From Thermoanaerobaculia bacterium (GTDB lineage: Bacteria; Acidobacteriota; Thermoanaerobaculia; Multivoradales; JAGPDF01): a stretch of 64,000 bases of DNA. The stretch covers positions 81,773 through 145,772 of the forward strand of contig JBFWYP010000004.1 in NCBI GenBank assembly GCA_050186295.1, written 5' to 3'. Numbering within the stretch: the stretch's first letter is position 1; each line of letters opens with the position of its first letter. Of this stretch, positions 57,453-64,000 are shown in pieces. Below the pieces are notes generated by a model, which ran no database searches, was not told the origin of the DNA, and saw only the letters and a program-made list of their open reading frames with translations. The translations under genes and the position numbers were made by a program.

Positions 57453-58859
57453 TCAGGCGCGGTGCGCGGCGACGATCGCCGCCACCGAACGGTCGACGTC
57501 GGCGCCGGTCGTCGACCAGTTCGAGACCGAGATCCGCATCGCCCCCTTGCCCTGCCAGGTGGTGCCCGAGAGCCAGCAGGTGCCGTCCTCCTGCACGCGC
57601 CGGATCACCGCCCGGGTGTGGGCGTCGATCGCCGCTTCGTCGGCACCGGCGCCGGGCGAGAAGCGCACCAGCGCCTGGTTCAGCACCACCTCGTTGAGGA
57701 GCGTGACCCCGGGCTCGCGCGCGAGGAGCTCGGCGAAGCGGCGGGCGTGCGCGACCGAGCGCTCGACCAGCTCGCGGACGCCGCGGCGGCCGAGATGGCG
57801 CAACGTCGCCCAGACCGCGAAGCCGCGTGCACGGCGCGAGAACTCCGGCACCCATTCGAACGGATCGCGCTCGCGGCCGGCGGTCTGCTGCAGGTAGGAG
57901 GCGTTGGCGGTGAGCGCGGCGCGATGCGCGGCGGGGTGGCGGCAGAAGGCGAGGCCGCTGTCGTAGGGCACGTTCAACCACTTGTGGGCGTCGGTCGCCC
58001 ACGAATCGGCGAGCTCGACACCGGCGACCAGCGGGCGCAGCCCGGGGCTCGCGCCGGCCCAGAGACCGAAGGCGCCGTCGACGTGGAGCCAGGCGTCGTG
58101 CCGGCGTGCGAGCGCGCCGATCTCGGCCAGCGGATCGAACGCTCCGGTGTTCACGTTGCCCGCCTGTGCGCAGACGAGGAGCGGCCGCCCGGAGAGCTTC
58201 GCGAGCCGTTCGGCGAGGGCCGAAGCGACGATCCGCCCCTGTCCGTCGACGGCGACGCGGTGCACCCGGTCGCTCCCCATCCCCAGCATCTGGAGCGCCG
58301 TGTGAACGGTGACGTGCGCCTCCTCCCCCAGCACGACTTCGATCTCGGGCGCCCCGAAGAGACCGCGCTTCTCGACGTCCCAGCCGGCGCGATCGAGGAG
58401 GAAGTGGCGCGCCGCCGCGAGCGCGGAGAAGTTGGCCGCCTGACACCCGGTGACGAAGCCGACGCTCGCCTCTCCCGGAAGACCGAGGAGCTCCTTGATC
58501 CACTCTCCGGCGGCCTCCTCGGCGACCGCGTTGGCGGGCGAGAGGACGTAGAGCCCGGCATTCTGGTCCCAGGTCGAGGTCATCCAGTCGGCGGCGACGG
58601 CGACGGGATAGGTCCCGCCGACGACGAAGCCGAAGTAGCGCGGACCGGCGGTGGCGACGATCCCTGGATCGCCGTCGCGCACCAGCCGTTCGAGAACGGC
58701 GGGCGCAGGCTCCCCTTCCTCGGGCAGCGGCCCGGCGAACCGATCGCGCATGCTCTCGACGGCAAAGGGAATGCCGACGGGCCGCTCGGCGACGCCGTCG
58801 AGATAGTCCGCGGCAAGCTCCGCGGCGCGTTGCAGCAGGGGTCTGGTCTCCGAGCTCAC
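57453..58859 (-). CDS. PLP-dependent group II decarboxylase family protein (diaminobutyrate/glutamate decarboxylase-like)
   Basis: The fold-type I pattern has the PLP lysine in DAHKWL, an HVDGAFG motif, and a typical 468 aa length. Confidence 0.7.
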   Translation of the reverse strand: MSSETRPLLQRAAELAADYLDGVAERPVGIPFAVESMRDRFAGPLPEEGEPAPAVLERLVRDGDPGIVATAGPRYFGFVVGGTYPVAVAADWMTSTWDQNAGLYVLSPANAVAEEAAGEWIKELLGLPGEASVGFVTGCQAANFSALAAARHFLLDRAGWDVEKRGLFGAPEIEVVLGEEAHVTVHTALQMLGMGSDRVHRVAVDGQGRIVASALAERLAKLSGRPLLVCAQAGNVNTGAFDPLAEIGALARRHDAWLHVDGAFGLWAGASPGLRPLVAGVELADSWATDAHKWLNVPYDSGLAFCRHPAAHRAALTANASYLQQTAGRERDPFEWVPEFSRRARGFAVWATLRHLGRRGVRELVERSVAHARRFAELLAREPGVTLLNEVVLNQALVRFSPGAGADEAAIDAHTRAVIRRVQEDGTCWLSGTTWQGKGAMRISVSNWSTTGADVDRSVAAIVAAHRA

Positions 58860-58905
58860 GCCGGGGAGTCTATCCCCCGGCGGAGCTCTCGGACCCTGAC
58901 GAAAG

Positions 58906-60000
58906 TCAGTCGCGCAGGAAGTGGCAGGTGTACCCGCCGGGATGCTTCTGCAGGTAGTCCTGGTGATACTCCTCCGCCGGCCAGAACGGTCCGGCGGCGG
59001 TGATCTCGGTGACCAGCGGCCGCTTCCACTTGCCGGAGGCGTCGACGCGCGCGAAGACCGCCTCGGCGGTCGCCTTCTGCGCCTCGCTCTCGTAGAAGAT
59101 CGCCGAGCGGTACGACGTGCCGACGTCGTTGCCCTGCCGGTTCTTCGTCGTCGGGTCGTGCATGCGGAAGAACCAGCCGAGGAGCTGCTCGAACGACAGG
59201 CGCTCGGGGTCGAAGACGACCTTCACCGACTCGGCGTGCCCGGTCGTACCCTTCTTCACGTCCTCGTACGTGGCGTTCGGCAGCGTGCCTCCGGTGTAGC
59301 CGACCTCGGTCTCGACCACACCGGGGATGTCGCGGAGGATCTCCTCCATGCCCCAGAAGCAGCCGCCGGCGAGCAAGGCGGTCTCGCGCTTGCCGGAGTC
59401 CTTCGCCAGCACGCCCGCCTTTTCGAACGCCGGCAGGAAGCGCTCGTACCCCTCGTCGATCAGCTTGTCGACCGGCACGAAGCGCAGCGCCGCCGAGTTC
59501 ATGCAGTAGCGCTGGCCGGTCGGGCGCGGCCCGTCGTTGAAGACGTGGCCGAGGTGCGAATCGGCGCCCGCCGACCGGACCTCGGTCCGTGTCATGAAGA
59601 GCTTCGTGTCGGTGTGCTCGCTGACCACACCCGGCTCGATCGGCTGGCTGAAGCTCGGCCAGCCGGTTCCCGAGTCGTACTTGTCGAGCGACGAGAAGAG
59701 CGGCTCGCCACTCACGACGTCGACGTAGATTCCCGCCTTCTTGTTGTCCCAGTACTCGTTGCGGAACGCGGGCTCGGTGCCGTCCTCCTGCGTCACGGCG
59801 TACTGCAACGGCGTCAGGCGCTCGCGCAGCTCCTCGTCCGACGGCTTGTTGCTCGATGTCATTCCTTTTCCTCTCGCGGTGGCACTGTTCTTCGCCCGGG
59901 AGGGGTGTGCCGGCCTCTCGAGCGCGGTGAGCAGCAGGGGTCCGACCAGCGCGACGAGCGCGATGGCGATGATCCAGGAGACGATTCGGTGGCTGTTCAT
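58906..60000 (-). CDS. Membrane-anchored bifunctional methionine sulfoxide reductase, MsrB domain followed by MsrA domain
   Basis: N-terminal [29 protein letters not shown] from the ATG at 60000 (alternative 60039). MsrB motifs [15 protein letters not shown], CxxC-less Zn-free type with GTGWPSF, and [10 protein letters not shown]. MsrA motif GGCFWG. Confidence 0.75.
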   Translation of the reverse strand: MNSHRIVSWIIAIALVALVGPLLLTALERPAHPSRAKNSATARGKGMTSSNKPSDEELRERLTPLQYAVTQEDGTEPAFRNEYWDNKKAGIYVDVVSGEPLFSSLDKYDSGTGWPSFSQPIEPGVVSEHTDTKLFMTRTEVRSAGADSHLGHVFNDGPRPTGQRYCMNSAALRFVPVDKLIDEGYERFLPAFEKAGVLAKDSGKRETALLAGGCFWGMEEILRDIPGVVETEVGYTGGTLPNATYEDVKKGTTGHAESVKVVFDPERLSFEQLLGWFFRMHDPTTKNRQGNDVGTSYRSAIFYESEAQKATAEAVFARVDASGKWKRPLVTEITAAGPFWPAEEYHQDYLQKHPGGYTCHFLRD

Positions 60001-60098
60001 CGTGCTACTTTCGATGCGTTCCGGCGGTTCCGGTTTCATCGCGACCCCCAGGCTCTGTTACGTCGACCGGCCGGCCGCGGATGGGAGAGAATGATGGC

Positions 60099-61115
60099 AT
60101 GGAACTCCGCAATCGAAACGTCGTGGCGCCGCCCTTCCGTGCCGGACTCCTCCTGCTGGCCGTCTCCTTTGCAGGATGCGGGCCGGACCGCACGCCGCCG
60201 GCGGCTCCGTCTCCTTCCGAGCCCGCCGCCGGAGCGACGGTCGTGACCGACGCCGCGGCGATCCCCTGGGAGGACCGCGTCGCGGCGTGGAAGCGGCACC
60301 GCCACGATCGCCTGGAGCGAACCGACGGCTGGCTCACGCTCGTCGGCCTCTCCTGGCTCGAAGAGGGCGACAACCGTGTGGGCAGCGCTCCCGATTCCCG
60401 CGTCCTGCTGCCCGAGGGGAAGGCGCCGGCGCTGCTCGGCGTGATCCACAAGGAGGGGGACCGGACGACGTTCCGTGCGGCGCCGGGGGTCACGGTCGCT
60501 TCGGGTGGCGCCGCCGTCACCGAGATCGCGATGACCAGCGATCGCGACGGCACACCCACGCCGATCGAGACCGGCAGCCTGACCTTCACCGTCATCGAGC
60601 GGGCGGAGCGCCTCGCGGTGCGCGTCCGCGACAGCGAGTCCGAAACGCTGCGCGCCTTCCGCGGGCTCGACTACTACCCGCTCGACCCGGCGTGGCGGAT
60701 CGACGGCCGCTTCGAGCCGGCCGCCGAGGTCGGCGAGGTTTCGGTTCCCAACGCCGTCGGCTACGAGGAGAAGATCCGCGCCCCCGGCCACGTGGTGTTC
60801 GAGTTGGGCGGCCAGGAGTTCCGCCTGCTCGCTCTCGACGACACCGGCGACGGGCGGCTCTTCCTCGTCTTCGGCGATCCGACCAACGGCAGCGAGACTT
60901 ACGGCGGCGGGCGCTTCCTCTACACCGACGAGCCCCGCGACGGACGGGTCGAGATCGACTTCAACCGCGCCTACAACCCGCCCTGCGTCTTCACCCCGTA
61001 CGCCACCTGCCCGCTGCCGCCGCCGGGCAACCGGCTGTCGGTCGCGGTGCGCGCCGGAGAGAAGCGCTACTCCCACGAAGCGGCGCACGCGGAACCGGCG
61101 CCCGGCGCCGGATGA
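60099..61115 (+). CDS. DUF1684 domain lipoprotein
   Basis: ATG at 60099 with a GGGAGAG RBS 9 nt upstream (the track start at 60081 is less likely). Lipobox LAVSFAGCG. DUF1684 signature GGGRFLY...DFNRAYNPPCVFTPYATCPLPP. Confidence 0.7.
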   Translation: MELRNRNVVAPPFRAGLLLLAVSFAGCGPDRTPPAAPSPSEPAAGATVVTDAAAIPWEDRVAAWKRHRHDRLERTDGWLTLVGLSWLEEGDNRVGSAPDSRVLLPEGKAPALLGVIHKEGDRTTFRAAPGVTVASGGAAVTEIAMTSDRDGTPTPIETGSLTFTVIERAERLAVRVRDSESETLRAFRGLDYYPLDPAWRIDGRFEPAAEVGEVSVPNAVGYEEKIRAPGHVVFELGGQEFRLLALDDTGDGRLFLVFGDPTNGSETYGGGRFLYTDEPRDGRVEIDFNRAYNPPCVFTPYATCPLPPPGNRLSVAVRAGEKRYSHEAAHAEPAPGAG

Positions 61116-62632
61116 CGGAGCCCCGCGGCCTCTACGAACAGGTCCTCGCCGCGGGCGGCGGCGTCCTGCCGCAGCCGCGACCGCCCCGCCCCTCCGCCGC
61201 CATCGTCCCCTGGCGTCGCGATGCGGCCGGCGCGATCGAGGTCTTCTGGCTCGAACGCGGACGGAGCCTGCCGTTCATGGCCGGGTGGCGCGCCTTCCCG
61301 GGCGGCGCGCTCGACCGCAGCGACGCCGGCCTCGCCGTCGCCGGCGCCCCGGCCGGAATCTCCCCCGGGGAGCGGACGCCGGCCTCCGCCGACGGTGACG
61401 ATCCGGCACCTGAAGCCGATCTGATCCCGGGAATCGTCGCCTGCGCCCTGCGCGAGCTGGCCGAGGAGACCGGCGTCCGGCCCGTCCGCGACGGCCTGCC
61501 GGACGGCGGCCGGCTCGAGTTCGCCGGGCGCTGGCTCACGCCGCCGCTCACACCGGTCCGCTTCGACAACCGCTTCTTTCTCCTCGCCTGGAGGCCCGAC
61601 GACGGCGAACCGCACGCCGTGCCGCCGGAGAGCGCCTCCGGCGAATGGATCCGGCCGGCAGCGGCTCTGGCGGCGATCGCTTCGGGCGACGCGCTCGCCG
61701 CGCCGCCGATCGTGCATCTTCTCCGTGTCCTCGCCGAGGAGGGTCCCGAGGGCGCCGGCGCGGCGCGCCGCCTGCGCGACACCCGCGAGTGCAATCTCGG
61801 ACCGCTGCGCCGGATCGAGTTCCGCCCCGGCATCCTGACCTTTCCCCTCGCCGCCGCGACGCTGCCGCCGGCGACGCACACCAATTGCTACCTCCTCGGC
61901 ACGCGCGACTGCGTGCTGATCGATCCGGGCTCGCCGTTCCCGGAGGTCCAGCGCGCGTTGTCGGGCGCCCTCTCGGCGGCGGCCGGCACGCTCGGCCGCG
62001 AAGTGCGGGCGATCTGGCTCTCCCACCACCATCCGGATCACGTCGCCGGCGTCGCGGCGCTGCGCGAAGAGCTGGGGCTGCCGGTCTACGCCCACGCCGC
62101 GGCGGCGCTCCGCCTGCGCGAAGTCGGGATCGCGGTCGACGGCGAGCTCGTCGACGGCGAGCTCGTCGCGCTGCCGGGAGCTCCGGGCGAGGCGGCGTTC
62201 ACCGTCCGCGTCCTGCACACTCCGGGGCACGCCCGCGGTCACCTCGCCTTCGAGGTCGAGTCGAGCGGCTCGATCCTCGCCGGCGATCTCGTGGCCGGCG
62301 CCGGGACGATCGTGATCGATCCGCCCGAAGGAGAGATGTCGCGCTATCTCGATTCGCTCGCCGCTCTCGAAGCGCGGGCGCCGCGCACGCTGTTCGTCTC
62401 GCACGGCGCGCCGTTCCTCGCCGCGGCGGACAAGCTGCGCGAATATCGCGCGCACCGGCTCGAGCGCGAGGCGCAGGTTCTCCGCGTCTGGCGCGAGAAG
62501 GGGCTGCGCGAGCCGGCGGAGTTCGTGCCCGAGGTCTATCCCGAGCTCGCACCGGCGGCGCGACCGCTCGCGGAGCGCCAGGTCCGGGCCCATCTCGTCC
62601 GGCTCGCCGAGCTGGGCGAAATCGCCCCCTGA
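61112..62632 (+). CDS. NUDIX hydrolase fused to an MBL-fold metallo-hydrolase
   Basis: ATG at 61112 overlaps the DUF1684 stop (ATGA). Nudix box GIVACALRELAEETGV. MBL motif LSHHHPDHVAG, plus a downstream HTPGHARGH. Confidence 0.7.
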   Translation: MTEPRGLYEQVLAAGGGVLPQPRPPRPSAAIVPWRRDAAGAIEVFWLERGRSLPFMAGWRAFPGGALDRSDAGLAVAGAPAGISPGERTPASADGDDPAPEADLIPGIVACALRELAEETGVRPVRDGLPDGGRLEFAGRWLTPPLTPVRFDNRFFLLAWRPDDGEPHAVPPESASGEWIRPAAALAAIASGDALAAPPIVHLLRVLAEEGPEGAGAARRLRDTRECNLGPLRRIEFRPGILTFPLAAATLPPATHTNCYLLGTRDCVLIDPGSPFPEVQRALSGALSAAAGTLGREVRAIWLSHHHPDHVAGVAALREELGLPVYAHAAAALRLREVGIAVDGELVDGELVALPGAPGEAAFTVRVLHTPGHARGHLAFEVESSGSILAGDLVAGAGTIVIDPPEGEMSRYLDSLAALEARAPRTLFVSHGAPFLAAADKLREYRAHRLEREAQVLRVWREKGLREPAEFVPEVYPELAPAARPLAERQVRAHLVRLAELGEIAP

Positions 62633-62663
62633 TCCGTATGATCGGGCACGGAGGAACACCCGC

Positions 62664-63299
62664 ATGCCCTCGAAGCGCAACCCGTACCGGAACGTTCTCC
62701 CCTTCGCCCTTCTCGTCGGCTCTCTCGGGATCGGCGGTGCAGCGCTCGCCCAGGTCGGTCCGACTCCGGCGCCCAAACCGCCTGCGGGCGACAGCGGATC
62801 GCCGAGCGCCGCGCCGGCTGCCGGCGGGAGCAGTGCCCCGGCCGCGAGTCCGCGCGCACGCCGCGGCGATGCCGCTCTCTCCGGCGCCGAGAATGCGTGG
62901 TGGCACCGCAAGATCGGCACCGATCTCGGCCTGACCGACGCCCAGCGCCAGAAGCTCGACGCCACCAGCGAGAAGCTGAACCGCGACCTCGGCACCTCGC
63001 AGGAGTCGCTGCGGACGGTCCGCGGCACCCTGCAGAGCGCGCTCCAGAACGGCGACTGGGCGGCGGCCCGCCGTGCCTACGAAACCCAGGCCACCCACGC
63101 CGCGGCGAATATCCGGCTGCAGGGCGAAGCGCAGATCGCGCTGCTCACCGCGCTCACCGCCGAGCAGCGCAAGCAGCTCGCCACGACCTATCCGAACCTG
63201 CTGACGGCGCCCGTCGGCAGGTCGCGGCAGGGGCGGTTCGATCCGCCGGCGAAGGACGCTCCGGCGCCCAAGCCGGCACCTCCCGCCTCGAAGCCGTAG
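62664..63299 (+). CDS. Periplasmic Spy/CpxP-like LTXXQ-motif protein
   Basis: Signal peptide MPSKRNPYRNVLPFALLVGSLGIGGAALAQ. Two LTxxQ motifs (LTDAQRQKL, LTAEQRKQL). Pro/Ala-rich linkers. Confidence 0.6.
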   Translation: MPSKRNPYRNVLPFALLVGSLGIGGAALAQVGPTPAPKPPAGDSGSPSAAPAAGGSSAPAASPRARRGDAALSGAENAWWHRKIGTDLGLTDAQRQKLDATSEKLNRDLGTSQESLRTVRGTLQSALQNGDWAAARRAYETQATHAAANIRLQGEAQIALLTALTAEQRKQLATTYPNLLTAPVGRSRQGRFDPPAKDAPAPKPAPPASKP

Positions 63300-63300
63300 G

Positions 63301-63948
63301 TCAGCGTTCGACCGGCGCCGCGGCCGATCGGCCGCGGGCGACCGGATCGAGATGCCAGACCTCGTGCGCGCGGTCGGGTGAGAGGAAGCGGCGCTCGGCG
63401 CCGGCCTCCGGCAGCGCCACGATCGCCCGCCCCAGCTCGAGGATCCGCGGCCCTTCGAGGAAGCGATCGCTCGAGCCCGGTTCGATCACCAGCCAGCGCA
63501 CCCCCAGTTCGGAGAGCTCGGCGAGGATCTCCGGTGGGTCCCCCACCGTCGGCAGACCGCCGCCATGGCGTGCCCTCGCCAGGAGTCGCGGGCGATAGAG
63601 CCAGAACCGCAGCACCGGACGCCCGGTCTCGAGATGGAACCAGAGATCGTTCGCCGCGGCGATCGCCTCTCCTTCGGAAACGTTCGCGCGCAGGAAAGCG
63701 GCGGTCGCGTCGAAGCTCGCGAGCTCGCTGCTCTCCGAAGCGAGGGAGCGCGGGGTCGGCAGCACCGACGCGTCGCGCTCGGCGATTTCGATCGCGATTT
63801 CGGAAAGGCCGGAGAGCGCGAGAGCCCCCACCAGCAGGGGCGCCAAACGACGGCCGAGAGGCAGCGGGCCGGCGCGGCCGGCGACGGCGATCGCCAGCGG
63901 CAGCATCGAGACCAGAAAGCGCGCCGACGGATCGGGCTGCAACGCCAC
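63301..63948 (-). CDS. Hypothetical protein (N-terminal hydrophobic segment); may extend toward the window end
   Basis: Track ORF with protein-like composition (…LWFHLETGRPVLRFWLYRPRLL…LGVRWLVIEPGSSDRFLEGPRILELG). No family recognised. Confidence 0.4.
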   Translation of the reverse strand: MALQPDPSARFLVSMLPLAIAVAGRAGPLPLGRRLAPLLVGALALSGLSEIAIEIAERDASVLPTPRSLASESSELASFDATAAFLRANVSEGEAIAAANDLWFHLETGRPVLRFWLYRPRLLARARHGGGLPTVGDPPEILAELSELGVRWLVIEPGSSDRFLEGPRILELGRAIVALPEAGAERRFLSPDRAHEVWHLDPVARGRSAAAPVER

Positions 63949-64000
63949 GATGCCGATCCCGGCGCCGAGCCAGAGGATCGCCGGCAGGCGGCGTTCGCGC

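Overview
This is a high-GC (about 70% by eye) bacterial chromosomal window with about 53 protein-coding genes on both strands. It contains no rRNA, tRNA, CRISPR array or recognisable transposase or integrase. The six-frame track is full of Arg/Ala/Gly/Pro-rich shadow ORFs typical of high-GC DNA, so genes were called from protein-like translations, recognisable family motifs, signal peptides, start contexts and stop/start overlaps.

The backbone resembles Acidobacteria- or Gemmatimonadetes-like genomes: two paralogous Ser/Thr kinases with different sensor domains, TolB-propeller fusions, an IPTL-CTERM exosortase substrate, a delta-60-repeat protein, an M13 peptidase, ychF, icd, a standalone murF, purE, msrB-msrA, and a hybrid histidine kinase to REC to tandem REC-HD-GYP phosphorelay.

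The stand-out feature is an accessory island of about 11.8 kb (roughly 15.5-27.3 kb), entirely on the minus strand, with visibly lower GC. It is bracketed by two CPBP/Abi intramembrane protease genes and followed by a higBA-like toxin-antitoxin pair. The island encodes:
- a Fic AMPylase;
- a DUF2779 Cas4-like plus DEDD exonuclease protein;
- a five-gene operon starting with a SIR2 (TTNYD/HLHGS) protein translationally coupled to a 931-aa non-enzymatic helical partner (a split DSR-like arrangement), followed by a zinc-ribbon protein carrying an RNxxxH HEPN-like motif;
- a second module of a MazG-like pyrophosphohydrolase coupled to a DUF2075-type PD-(D/E)xK/P-loop NTPase with a C-terminal LexA/S24-like peptidase domain, which is an unusual fusion.

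Outside the island, at least five unlinked secreted proteins share a short terminal F-x-F/D-E-x-G-x(4)-W-S peptide. All functional calls are from motif recognition by eye; no database search was possible.
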